From: Paecilomyces variotii | Lineage: Eukaryota | DNA: 64,000 nt | NCBI GenBank assembly: GCA_004022145.1 | Contig: RCNU01000012.1 | Reading direction: 5' to 3' (one strand) | Shown: in pieces, positions 39,097 to 51,243 of the stretch | Layout: every line of letters starts with the position of its first letter | Position numbering within the stretch: the stretch's first letter is position 1 | Notes under the pieces: model-generated | The model's database searches: none | Told to the model about the DNA's origin: nothing | The model's input: the letters and a program-made list of their open reading frames with translations, nothing else | Program-made: the position numbers and the translations under genes

Positions 39097-39684
39097 ATGT
39101 CATCATCTAAATACGACCTCGCGCTCCGTCGCATCGACGAGGCACACTCCGCGGACCCGAACATCGTCACTGTCAATGGCGCCCAAGTACCCTACGAACT
39201 ACACTACGCGGACAAAATGACCAAATACCTCGACCTCCATACCCCCTCAGCCTCCGAACCACTGCGTCTCGCCATCCGCGCCCAACACCTCCGCCGATGG
39301 GAAGTACCCCGCAGTTCATATCCGCAGACGAAACCAGGCTACTTTGCCTGGCGAACGTTCCTAAAGAAGCGGCAAGCGGAGCTCGCGGAGAAAATCTGTC
39401 TGGAGAGCGGATACTCCGAGACGGAGGCGGCGCGTGTTGCGGCTCTGGTCCGCAAGGAGGATCTGAAGCAGGATCAGGAGACGCAGGCGCTGGAGGATGT
39501 GGCCTGCTTGGTGTTTTTGGATGACCAGTTTGAGGAATTCGAGAAGGGGTATGATGAGGAGAAGATTATTAGTATTTTGCGCAAGACGTGGGGCAAGATG
39601 TCAGAACGGGGCCATGAGCTGGCGCTGAAGATTCAGATGTCGGATCGGGCGAAAGAGTTGGTTGGGAAGGCACTGGCCGCGTGA
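39097..39684 (+). CDS. DUF4202-type conserved protein
   Basis: IDEAHSADP, PYELHY, LAIRAQHLRRWEVPR, LEDVACLVFL and ILRKTWGKMS. ATG in CCACCATG context at 39097. Confidence 0.8.
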   Translation: MSSSKYDLALRRIDEAHSADPNIVTVNGAQVPYELHYADKMTKYLDLHTPSASEPLRLAIRAQHLRRWEVPRSSYPQTKPGYFAWRTFLKKRQAELAEKICLESGYSETEAARVAALVRKEDLKQDQETQALEDVACLVFLDDQFEEFEKGYDEEKIISILRKTWGKMSERGHELALKIQMSDRAKELVGKALAA

Positions 39685-39919
39685 GATTGGGGTCAAGATT
39701 TAGAAAGGAGATTTTTCGCAAGGACAGATAAACAGGGAGTCGAAAATTTTGGAACAAGATGGAAAGATGTGAAGTGAACATTGGTATCTAACTCCTCTAT
39801 ATGCCCGATTGATATTAAACAACAAATCATCACGCCGTTATGGATATCACACAAAGTCAGAAAATCAGGGTGAGCTTTTTCCAACCGAGAACGCCAGATT
39901 AAAGCAAATTTCAAAAGAC

Positions 39920-41013
39920 TCAATGGGCACCGCCGTGGTCGATTAGCCCAACAAGAGCAATAGCTGCTCCGGCGGCGACGCCTCCGACAACCACCATCTG
40001 CAATCCACCTTTCAACCCTGCGATAACATTGTCACTACCCGCCCAGCCACGGACGATGCACGTCTTGACGTAACCGAAGGCCAAGAGAGTCACTCCCATG
40101 ACGGCGATACTGCAATACAGTGCGGTGATGACTTGGCTGGCGATGAAATAAGGAATGAGAGGAATGAAACCGCCGATGAAATATCCGAGCGCGAGCGTGA
40201 TGGCGGAGATGTAGGCCTGGTTGCAGTCCGGTTCGGATTCCTTGTGGTGGAAGGCAATGAGGAATTGGAGAAGCCTTTCAGGCGACTCGTGGAGAGAGTG
40301 GTTTAGTTCAGCAATAGCAGTGTCGGAAATGCCGTAGGCGACGAATGTCTCGCGGACAATAGCTTCAGTCTCCACCGGGGAGCTTTCGATAAGTTCTTTC
40401 GTTTCCCGTACGGTTGTCTGGTATGATTCTCTGCACAAGGATTACATGTCAGCCCCGATTCTGGTTACTTTCCAAGTCCAGTGGTTCACTCACGCTTCGC
40501 TTTTGGCACCAACATATCCACCCAGGCCCATGGAAATTGCACCAGCTGCTAGCTCAGCGAGGCCACCGAGCACAACGACCTTGGTATCTCCCAAGGCAGA
40601 CAGCCCCGCGCTGAGTGCAAAAGGAACCGTCAGTCCATCAGAAAGACCAAGGATGGCATCCGAGATGATTCGCGGGTTGATACGCGACCGGCTGCTCCCT
40701 GAGCTGCCGCCGGAGCTACTTGAATCCTCTGACGGCGTCCGGTAGAAAGTATCGTAGGAATGATTCTGGGCTTCCAGGTCGTCATGTGGGTGCTCTCCGA
40801 TGCTGCCCAAGAGAGGTTGCCCTGACGGATAGTTAGCACATGCCGCTCTCTTCAAGCAGTTGCAATCTAGAAGCAAGCATATGTGGCGATGGGGGTATAC
40901 TAACTCAAGCTCTGGGACGAAGGAACCTTCAATATCTGCTCACCTGCAGAGGATTGCTGGGATTGGCTTCCTCGGGACGGGAACAGCTTCTGCTTGATGA
41001 ACAGCAGAGCCAT
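39920..41013 (-). CDS. cccA: VIT1/CCC1 vacuolar iron/manganese transporter
   Basis: ISDAILGLSDGLTVPFALSAGLS, GGLAELAAGAISMGLGGY and GYFIGGFIPLIPY. Two introns. The start ATG at 41013 is inferred, and orthology to cccA rather than a paralogue is not verified. Confidence 0.85.
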
Positions 41014-41651
41014 ATTTTTGCTTTACCTAAAAGGGATGGGGTATTGCTCGGTACTGAAGGTATTGTATGATCTGTAGGGATCACGAGCAACTATGTACCA
41101 CCCCGAGACGGAAGATACCACCAAGGACGAAGGAGATTGATTGAGAGGAAATCTAGAAATCTCCAGGACAGAGAGGAGCGCGACATGCTCTTAACTATGC
41201 GGAGGCCCATCCTTACTTTTGTCTGATCCCTTTCTAGTCTTTGCCATAATGGGGTCTTTCGTAACATTCCTCGATGTTTCTGCGGGCGAGACTGCTGCTC
41301 CAGCCAATCACCGCTGCACCAAATGTAAGCGTCGCGGACTGAAAGCCCGACGGGGGGCGCTGCTTACTTTTATCTTCTCTTTCGTTCGCAGAACTCGATT
41401 CGCTGGTCACACTGATCGCCGTGATGCGTGAAGCATCCCTGACTGATATCGAAGGCACGATATATCCTCGCTGTGATAGGCTAACTTGACAATCCTAGAT
41501 CTCAGTCCAGCCTGAAGGCGGTTATGAGGAACGAGATCTTGGCGGGCTTGGCGAACAGTGTTAAAGTGCATAAAAATACTCTGAACGGCTTCCATTAGAT
41601 CCCGTTCTCTTGAACCCATCAGTCTGGATCTCAATATATTAATCTCTATGA

Positions 41652-41687
41652 CAAGACACATCGCAAGACACATCGCAAGACACATCG
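41652..41687. repeat. Perfect 12-bp tandem repeat (CAAGACACATCG)x3
   Basis: Directly visible upstream of the CCC1-family gene. Confidence 0.9.
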
Positions 41688-42975
41688 CTCTTTTCTCAAC
41701 TTTTCATCTAGATACTGATACATATTGAGGAACAGCAACGTGGAGGCTGGCATTCCAGGCGGGAGATCGACAACACCGTGATGGAGCAGTAAATACAAAT
41801 AATAATTAAGCATTGTTGGAACGTCAAGTAGAGTGGGTACCTGGGGATCAACGAGATTGTTTTCGAATGCGTAATTATCAACCTCATACAGGAATATATC
41901 CTCTGCACCGTTGGATCGTCGTCATATCCGTCTGCGTACAGTATCGCGCGTACCGGAGATAGCTGCCATCGAACCTGGTTGCCGTTTTCTATTCTCTAGT
42001 ATCCTCTGTCTACATCTGATCTTGTGGTTTATTGTGTTAATGACTGAGGCTGGCAATAGTTGTATACGCAGATTTTCATAGTACTCTTGGCGTTCGTCAA
42101 CGTAATTACTACTTGTTTCGCTTCCATATGATCCTTGTCATAGATGAACGGTAGGCTCATAGATCTCTAGTAACTATAAAGTCTGCGGAAACGCAAGTAC
42201 TTTAGTGTTCTCCGAATATTAAGCCTATTGTTGAGATGTCATCCGCGACCGCTGATTCCGCTATATATACTCCTTAATGTACTGGCACCCTGAAAGTTCT
42301 CATGGTACATTATCGTCAAACGTTAACCGTAAAAACTTGCGCGTCTTTCACTTAGCTTGAAATGAGAAAGGATCGGGCAGATCCCAGAATAGACTCATCG
42401 TACATCGAGTAAAGGTATATCAATCTCACGCCCAAAATAGAAACAACTCAGCTTGCAGCTGGTCTGTAAGTTCGCTTATTCTCAACACCATCCAGGACCT
42501 ATCTCCATGACTGATAACAAGATGCGTGGTCTCTTTGACGATTAAATGCGGCCATTGTTTCTTCAAAATACATGGTATAGTACAACGAAAAGCGAATCTC
42601 TTGTTCACATCTCCATGGTTACTCTTTGTGTACTGCATCTATTAGAGTGATCAACAAAGGACTAACGCTTTCATTTTCTGATTTCTTGATGGATTCTTCC
42701 TGGTTTATTCTTTTCCCTCGGATCTTTGGGCGAACCTCTTTCAGTGGGCTTTATGAATCTCAATCCCATTGTCAAATCCTTTGTTTATGAAGCAGTTACG
42801 GAGATGCCTCTTATAGTATATCTCTTCATCTTTCGCATTCGACGTATAGATGCATACTACTGTATATCAACTCTTTTTCTCATATATACATATAATATCC
42901 CCTTGTCGAACACATTTTCCTTAATCGAAGCCTGCATCCTACAGAGTAGCGGGTTTCTATATCATATCTCAAGAC

Positions 42976-45900
42976 ATGCCGCCTCGACGCTCCCGCAATC
43001 CAAGCAGAGACTACGAAGACCCTCCTGTCCGATACCCACTATATAACCTCGGACTCCTCCCCGACCCACCTGATAACTGGCTACTATGGAATGAAGACAA
43101 GAGAGCTTTCTGCGGTGGCCGTCGCGTCAGTCGCGCAAAAGCAAAGGAGTTAGCTGATTTCCATTTCTGGGGTATAAACCCCGGTATTGAAGGGCGTGAC
43201 TCTACAGAACGACTGATGGTAGCGCTCCGCAAGCTCATGTACTATCAATCCGCTCACCACAGGCCTCCTGAATATTCTGAGTTCCTCAATACGCAGAGAG
43301 ATGCCGGGCCGAGACTTCTGGATCCTAATTTGGTCCCGCAGCCTCTACCTATAAGTCGTTTCTTTTCTCTCCTTCCTCAGGATGCGCAGGCTGGAGCGCT
43401 TTCGCAGATTGATATCGCCCGACTGACCGAGAGACAGCGTTTATATCCGTCAACTCGCTCAGGTAATACGACAGCGCTTCGGAATCCAGGAGGTTTAAAT
43501 ATCAGCAGTTCAAATACGGGTTCCCTCAACCGAGGCGGGCTAAATATAAGCAGCTTCAGTCCTTTGGACAGGTACGATCCTACCGGTGGACTTACAGACG
43601 CGGATATCGACCTGATATTGCGTAACGCTACGGAGGCCCTTGCCACTCCAGTCCTGACAGGCGATCTTGCAGCAATAGGGGGCCAAGAGTTTGGACTTCG
43701 CTCTCTGGGCAGTAATGATTTCGACTCTATTCTCAGTCAGATGGCGCAGAATACACCGAGTCGTGCCATTGCTGATCCTTCTCGAACAGGCTTCCAGACA
43801 GGTACGGCGACTCGTGGATCTGAATTGAACAGGTCTCCCCTTGGAAGCCCAGAGATTACTATGGCGGATGCGGGCCCAATCTCAGGACGCAATTCTATCA
43901 GCGGAAGCCTGACGAGCTCTCAAATAAATACACAGCGTCCGATCTCGCAAGATAGTATGGGCCAAGGAGAGCTATCCCAGCAGGCCTCTAATCCACTTCA
44001 ATCTTCAAGCCCCTATACGACAGGGCAACTTCGTTCTAGTGGAATAAGCAACAACACTGATATAGTCACCGAAGAGATCCAGAGGGCCATCATGCGAATT
44101 ACGTATCGAGATCTAGAAAGACACGCCAGTGCTTTACCCCGGGGCCTGCACCCTCAGTCAATTGCAACAAATGAAGAACATCTTCTGCAAGTCCAGCAGA
44201 GAATCTCTCCAATGGCCGGTGCCGTTCGCCTGTCTAGCATTGAGGGCAGTTCCTTTCGCATAGATCCAAATGGCATTAACTATGCATATCGGGGTCGTGG
44301 ACCCGTGTGGAGGAACAACTCCTGTGCTGTTGACTGTGTCATTGTTGCTGGAAGGTTGCTTGATGCAGGATGCACAAATAAGGACCGAGCAAGTCCCGAG
44401 TGGGAGAGGTCCCTGACTATTCTTGAAAGAGCATATATCCAGGCGATAAATATAGACTGGGATATACTATCAAGAGAACAGAGTATGGATACACGGGACC
44501 GTTTCTGGGAGATCCTGGCTGGGAATATCCCCGGCATGGAAGTTGGCATTCCATCGCCACCAACATCTATATGGGAAGAATCGACCAAGTCATTTGAACA
44601 ATTCAAGTTTTCTTATACAGAGGAAATATCATATTGTTCCTGTAGAAGAATGGGGAATAGTCGCAGAACATATGCCCATCGCTCAGTGTCTCCTGCTTTT
44701 ATACCTGCTGATCAAAATGGTGTATCGATGGAAACCCTAGTACAGAGAAGTTTCAGATCTCACAGAGGGATTTGCAGATATTGTAGAAAGGGCATCGCGA
44801 TACGCAGCCGGACTTTCCACCAGCTTCCTCTCCGCATGGTTGTTGAACTGCACAAGGATGCACGTCCGAGGAACCACACGGCGAATATCACAATCGAATA
44901 TAAAGATCGAGATGGACAAGATCAAAAGGCAACTTATCGCTGGCTAGGAGGTATATACCGCACCACGTCGGGGAGATATATTAACGAGCTAGGAGAAGAA
45001 GTCGATTCGTACCATTTCCGAGTCTACTGGACCGATGTGGAAAGAGGAGAAGTCGACACTCATGAGATTCGCATGTACGACGGAATGGAGAACCTCGGTC
45101 TCATTGCGGGCAATATTGCTCCCTCCCATCGAGATGAGCGGGTTCCTGAGAAGTGGTGGAAAGATCAGTCGATACCGCTATTGTTCTATGAGCGTGTGCT
45201 GAATCCAGAGAGTGAAGTGCTATCTGCGGCCAAGGACACAATAATGAATATGATTGACGTGAAAGAGAACAATGGGCTAATTATGCAGCAGCTCTGTCAG
45301 TGGCGGCCATCCAATATGCCTGCAAATCCAATCCCACCTGAGAGAACAGTCTTTCAGCCAACTGACAGCCAAATGCTTTCCATGCCTCCCAGGGAAAATG
45401 TGACTATGGGGGCCTCTGGTGCACGGCAAATATTGGAAACTTATTTTGATGGGAATCTTCTCAATCCAAGCAGAAATCGACCTTCTTCATCTTTGGTCCC
45501 TGGTTTCACTTCTAGCAGACAAACTGAACCGATCCAGCAGAATCAACCTAAAGTTCCATCGTCTTCTGGTGCCAGTCGTCCAAGTTTCGCACAGCCAGGA
45601 GCTGTAGGGTATGCTCCCAACGATGCTAGACGCAGTGTTAAACAGAGTGAATCAACCTTTCCGACTGCAAGCTATGTGGAATCACCCAGACGACATACTC
45701 CGGGTATTCACTCGAGTGAAGTGGGCGACTCCCTTTCACATCCTGTGGTCACTGAAGATGACCAAGTGCCCGATACAGAGACACAATCCCAGAGACAAGA
45801 GCAGACACAGCACAACATGCCCTCGCAGAGCTGGCTACAGGAAACCCTTCCTTCTCTTACTCAACATCAAGAACATGATATACCACCATTGCCAGAACTG

Positions 45901-46846
45901 GACCCTCATTTCCCAGAGGATCAGCCCCATATTCCAGAGCTACCCAACTTACAAGAAGAGACACAGACTCAAGAGACAAGCCAAGGGCAACAAGAAGAGA
46001 CTACTCTCACCGGAGATCAGACAGCCACTAGACAGCCGAAACTGGCCAGCGCTGACCAACTCGATAGATTTGCTCGTGGTCTACAACAATCCTATGAGCA
46101 ACTCGATGCCGAGTCTCATGATCAATTTGATGTTTTCATGATGCATGATATAACGCCTAATGCTTGGAGACCCGGGGAGCTAAAACAGGAGAAAAAGTAT
46201 CCGACATCCGTTGGGGAAATTTGGGACTGGATAGGAAGGCTGCAACAGTTCGACCTCGAAAGGATGGAAGAGCAGTGGAAATACTTGGGCTACGTACCAG
46301 AAGAACACGCACTATGGAAAGAAACGACATTGGCACAGGCTCCGAATACAGTGTCCAAAAAGCGGAAAGTCTATTATGCAGATGATGATTTGAAGGGGGA
46401 TTTGACGTATGATTTCCCGGACATGCTACCAACGATATCGAAAGAAAGTGAAGGTAAGTTTCTGACACTCAAGAGAATCTATTTTAATCCAAATCACTAT
46501 GGGGAACAAAGGGACTAACAGAAAAGCAGGTAATTCAAACCTAATTGCCCCTGAAAAAGGCCATATCACCAGCCCATCCCACAATACGTGCCTCGGAAAA
46601 AGAAAGAGGGACACAGTGCCAAGCTCACCTCTAACTACTGAGATGTCCTGTCTTGAGGGACATACTTCATCAGCTCATAGCCAGACAGGCCACATGTCTC
46701 CTCCTCTTCCACCGCAATCGGACCATCGAGAAATATTACTCGCAGAGCCCGCTGGAGTTACTCGTGACGATATGATGGGAGAGATCGAGATAGAGGACCT
46801 CGATCAGCTTTTCGAAGACCCTGAAGAATTCTTGAGCTTTCAATGA
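42976..46846 (+). CDS. Large protein with a central divergent USP/papain-like cysteine protease domain and low-complexity flanks
   Basis: 1180 aa ORF. A probable intron at 46454-46529 extends it to 46846. Motifs WRNNSCAVD, CSC...CRYC, LPLRMVVEL, YRWLGGIY, YHF, YDG and LLFYER. Confidence 0.75.
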
Positions 46847-47223
46847 TTTCCCCTGTTTACAATTGGCCATATAATTCCATGATTCATGGTCGTTTGCTTG
46901 GTTTAATTTCTTCAGTCTAGACTAGATACAGCGTGGTCTGGATGAGGGCATAAACTGTACATTCCCAACAAACATATTTGCATAGCCTGAAATGTGAATC
47001 CCACAATAGAATATGACTGATGTTTTCATCCGGCTAAGGTACAATTTCATAGTTTACATAGTAACACCAAACGCCCGCAAGATCTTTCCAAGAAAAGTGA
47101 ACAAAAAGAGTTGGCGATGATTTGACTTCCATGATCCTGGATAGCAAGTGAGTATTCGAGATTGTTTCCGGCAAGGGAAGTCGCTAAGGAGGTCAAATGA
47201 TCCAGTTGGCTTAATAAACCACT

Positions 47224-48273
47224 TCACTGGCAGAAGAGGCGCTGGTGGAAACTTATTTGCCCTTCACGTTCATGACCAGGCTGCGCGACCGCGTCGTCAT
47301 TCTCGTCTTCTCCATCATCCTGATCATCATCCTCATCGAAACCTTCGCTCTGATATTCTTCATTCTGCTCCTCTTCATCGTCTCTCCCCATACACTCGAA
47401 TGCAAGGTGATGCCTCATGGCCGCTTCAAGTCTGCGACGACTGCGACGACGCGCGTGGTCGACCTCATCATGATCATCATCTTCATCGCAATCTTCGCTC
47501 TCATCTTCTTCATCCTCCTCCTCTTCCTCTTCTTCCCACATCCATCTTTGAAGCGTTGATATTACACCCACGAGGCCCTTGAAACAACGGTGCTGCATAC
47601 GCATACTCAACGTGGCCAATTCATTCATTTTGTTCTGCCAGTGTCCATCTCCATCATCCCAGAGGCATATCTCTTTCTGTTCCTCATAGGTCATAGCGTC
47701 CACTATCTTGGTCATTGTGTCTATCAAGGAAGTATCCCACTGAGAGCGCTTCTGTATCTCGTGGGCAAGCGGGTTTGAGCTAGTGAGAACGGTCTCTCCG
47801 ATCTTGCGGAGGCCTTCGAGACCGTTTACTTTGGTCCCCAACGACGCACTTGGTTTCGCTGCATGATCGCGAATATGCTCGATATCATAGATGATTGCAT
47901 TTTCCACATAGCCAGCTGATTCTAATTGGCGCGACGCGCTTTCCTTGCTCCAGGTGACGTTCAGCAGCTTCCAAACGTCGTCGGTCTGCCATTCAAAACC
48001 CCAAACATCAGTACTGACCGCCCGTGCGTTCAGGGCCCTGAGCACAGCGCGAATGGACATCAAAACGTCCGGGTGGGCCGTTGCTGCTTGGTGCAAGAGG
48101 TCGCGGCAGTCATTGTCGTCGAGGTCAGCTATCAAGCTGTCGATCTCTTTGCGCCTTGGGCGTTTTGCAATTCTACGCCTTGGGCGCTTTGCAATTCTAG
48201 AGCGACTGCCAGTGAAACCATCGTCGTCATCATCAGTTTCGACTCTTGGGCGTTTCGCAGGTCGAGCACTCAT
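47224..48273 (-). CDS. Hypothetical protein with repeated basic N-terminal motifs and a very acidic C-terminus
   Basis: 349 aa intronless ORF. AKRPR occurs three times (24-bp tandem duplication at 48152-48199), and the tail is E/D-rich. Confidence 0.65.
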   Translation of the reverse strand: MSARPAKRPRVETDDDDDGFTGSRSRIAKRPRRRIAKRPRRKEIDSLIADLDDNDCRDLLHQAATAHPDVLMSIRAVLRALNARAVSTDVWGFEWQTDDVWKLLNVTWSKESASRQLESAGYVENAIIYDIEHIRDHAAKPSASLGTKVNGLEGLRKIGETVLTSSNPLAHEIQKRSQWDTSLIDTMTKIVDAMTYEEQKEICLWDDGDGHWQNKMNELATLSMRMQHRCFKGLVGVISTLQRWMWEEEEEEEDEEDESEDCDEDDDHDEVDHARRRSRRRLEAAMRHHLAFECMGRDDEEEQNEEYQSEGFDEDDDQDDGEDENDDAVAQPGHEREGQISFHQRLFCQ

Positions 48274-49138
48274 GTTCCGTGGTGAGTCCCTGAGTAATTT
48301 CCCAGAGTGTTATGTTGCAGATATGGACAAGAGGAGCGATCTTCAAAGAGGAACAAAAAGATTCAGAGATATTTCGAATTCACTATCGAGACACAATCCA
48401 GAGTATTCCGGCTGTCAGAGTAATGGAGTGGTTCCTTGATGGTGCGTTGAGCGGGTTGGTTCTTCGTTAAAAAGATCTCCGGCAAACGCGTTTGTTTCGA
48501 GAAAAGGGGAGCGAACGCGACACGGCCCGCGTTTTTACGTGTCCTTGGACAAGGATGCATTTTCTTTTACGTGCAATTGCAAGTCCATGTAGTAACTACT
48601 GGTAGGAACTCATCAGAATCAATTGATACCAGAGGCGTGAGGTGGTATAACTATGCTGGTGTTTACAGAAGACATGCTTAGGATCTTCTTCGCTCTGGTT
48701 GGTCTCGCCGAGGGAAATTCTTGGTGGCTGCGGGTCTCCCGCTTTCCCCGCATTCTGCTCTCCGCATTTCAAGACTGGGCGTCTTATTTATATCGCCCCC
48801 TTATGCTCTCGAACCCCTTCGGTTTGTTTTTGTCTTCTTTTCCGGGGTCCTTTGTCATCATACAGTTCTTGACTTTGACTGTTTTTTGTTGAGAATCATG
48901 TCTTGAATCGGCTACGGAGGATTGATTCTCGATTCAGTCGGTGATTTGAACACGAAAGATCTTAGATCGATACGACTCTTTTATACCGCTCTTGTTGGAG
49001 ATGATGTGGTCGATGATGAGAATGACTGACATGAAGCTCATAAGAAGCTAGTTCACATACATATTGTCCTATCCAAAGGTATCCTGCTGTCTATTATATC
49101 CACATATGCGAAGGTGAAAAACAAAGAAAAAGAAACAT

Positions 49139-50154
49139 CTAAAGCTTGGCACGCCGGGCAATTCGCTGCTTCTTGTCGTCGGCCATGGGTCCCCCAGGCA
49201 GGTCGCTCTTCTTGGGCGCCGAGATATAACCACCCAGCTTGTTGTCGGTGTTGGTGATGTTGCCCTTCTCATCTCTCCGTATGCCAAGCTCGAGGAGCTT
49301 ACCATACGCCTTTGCGAAGTGGTCAAAGAACAAGTCCTTGTCCTCAGCATACTTGCGCACCCAGGGCTCGAAACCAGGATCGGAGACCAGCGCCATGTCG
49401 GTGGGCAGCATCATCAACGGCTCATCCTGCTCGTCTTCAGGGAGATCTTCATCGACATAGATGAACTGCTTGAAGCCGTTGTCCAACGTCGTGAGCTTCC
49501 ACTCCAGGTTTAGCAGCAGCTTGAAGTACTGGTTCGAGAAGCGGGTCGGGTTGTTGACCCAAGGACCGTTGAAGCCACTGCGGTCCTTGTGTGTGCGGCC
49601 CAGGTTGTGAGCGCCTGAGAGCGCAACGATCTCCTGGTCGTTGAAGCCCATCCGATAGAAGATGTGTCGAATGTGGTCTGCTCCCTGGGCGCCATCTGGC
49701 AGACGGCCGCGGGGCGGCAGCTTGGAGTCATCGACATAGTCCGTTCGGCCGGGCTTCCAGTCCACGTCGGGTCCTCCCATCTCCTTGAGTGCGGTGACGC
49801 CCGCCAGCGTCCACAGGTCCGAGTATGTGATCCAAGGGTGCCGTGCCTTCACGGGTTCAAGGAATGCACGTGCGTGCTCGAGACCTGCATTGGCAGGGTC
49901 ACCTCCCTCCTGCTCGTAACGCATGCCCGCACCGTTCGAGCCGCCAGTATCAGTCTCCTGATCATAGGTACCAGCGGAGTGCCTACAGTCGAGAGCGCGT
50001 TAGTTACTTTTCTCGCAAAAAGCCTGCTGCGGAATTCGACTTACCATGCGAGACGCACAAAGATAGGACCAGTGCTGCCGTCATCATAGTCGGGCTTCTT
50101 CAGCTGGGCGATGATGTCCTTGCGGACAGCATCATAATCCCCGGGTTTGCTCAT
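49139..50154 (-). CDS. Class I heme peroxidase (cytochrome c peroxidase-like, CCP2 type) with PTS1
   Basis: [11 protein letters not shown]...VRLAW/HSAGTYD (one intron), [19 protein letters not shown] and [10 protein letters not shown]. The C-terminus is -AKL and there is no mitochondrial leader. Confidence 0.93.
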
Positions 50155-51243
50155 CTCGGCCGATAAGTCTGGGGTAACGACCGCGAATCTGTGGGAAACA
50201 GCGCGCTCTGCGATCTTGACTCTCGCTCCCAACTACGGAACGCGACAAGTGTCAGATATATATGGATCTGAGAAGAGTGTCCAGAGGCAAGAAGTGAGAT
50301 TGTTGCTGGAACGAAGAAAGCAGCGTCCTGGGGGAGTGAGAGAGGCAATAATTAACTGCCTTGGGATTCCTTCAGCAACGGATCCACCAGCGCGATCCAC
50401 TCAGTTCCCTATCGCACAGTACCGAGGTCCATCCCTCCGTCGCCGACACCAACAAAATCTGGAGGCGACCAGACACGCCAGAGGGAGAATGACTCCAGGC
50501 GATAATTAATTATTATCTGCTATTTCAATCTGTCTACACTGGAGCCGTATGGCATTGCGGTCGGTTATGTGAGATGTTGAATCACAGCAACTTTTGCATC
50601 CAGATCACGTGACTGATAAGGGAATCTCTAACTATTCACTGCACGCATCTTTGCCACCTCAAGATGCGCGCCTGCTCCATACCATATGATGAATACCCGT
50701 ACAAACTACGATTACAAGTATCGCTGGAAGTCTTCTAACATCGTCAACTTCTCACGACCAGCTCCTCGGATATTGGATTCCAACGCCGTCTCATGTGCTT
50801 TTGCTCTCCCTCGGGCTGCTGCATCGGTCTTGGCGCTTCCTCAAACCAAACCGGTTTGTCCCGCGTCGCCAACGGCCTTTGCTGGTCTTGTCGGAATCTC
50901 GTCTGCTTTCCAGTCAGTCTGCGTGAACGCTTATTATCTGATCCTCTGTCTTTTTTCACGTGTCAATCGCGATTCTGGAGCCATTGTCTACATTCATCAC
51001 TGCACTATCAATTAGCAGCCAGCCCAGCTGTCTAGTTGCGTAATCATGGAGTTGGAAAAGAAATTATTAGTTATTCTATCGCGCACGTCTTTATTGGCCA
51101 TTCTCTCACCGACTATCACAAGCATTGAAATTGGACGCAATTGCAGCGAGGTGGGCATCCGCAGCAGAATCAAAGATAGACATACGGAGTATGGTATATG
51201 AGACGGGGTTTGCCACGACATTCGAGAACGGATCCTGACCGGT

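Noticed and set aside
41652-41687. CRISPR-like or functional array
   Set aside because: A simple 12-bp tandem repeat with no spacers, in a eukaryotic context.
47245-47559. Very hydrophobic 104 aa ORF resembling a membrane protein
   Set aside because: It is the antisense reading of GAR/GAY acidic codons of the minus-strand gene.
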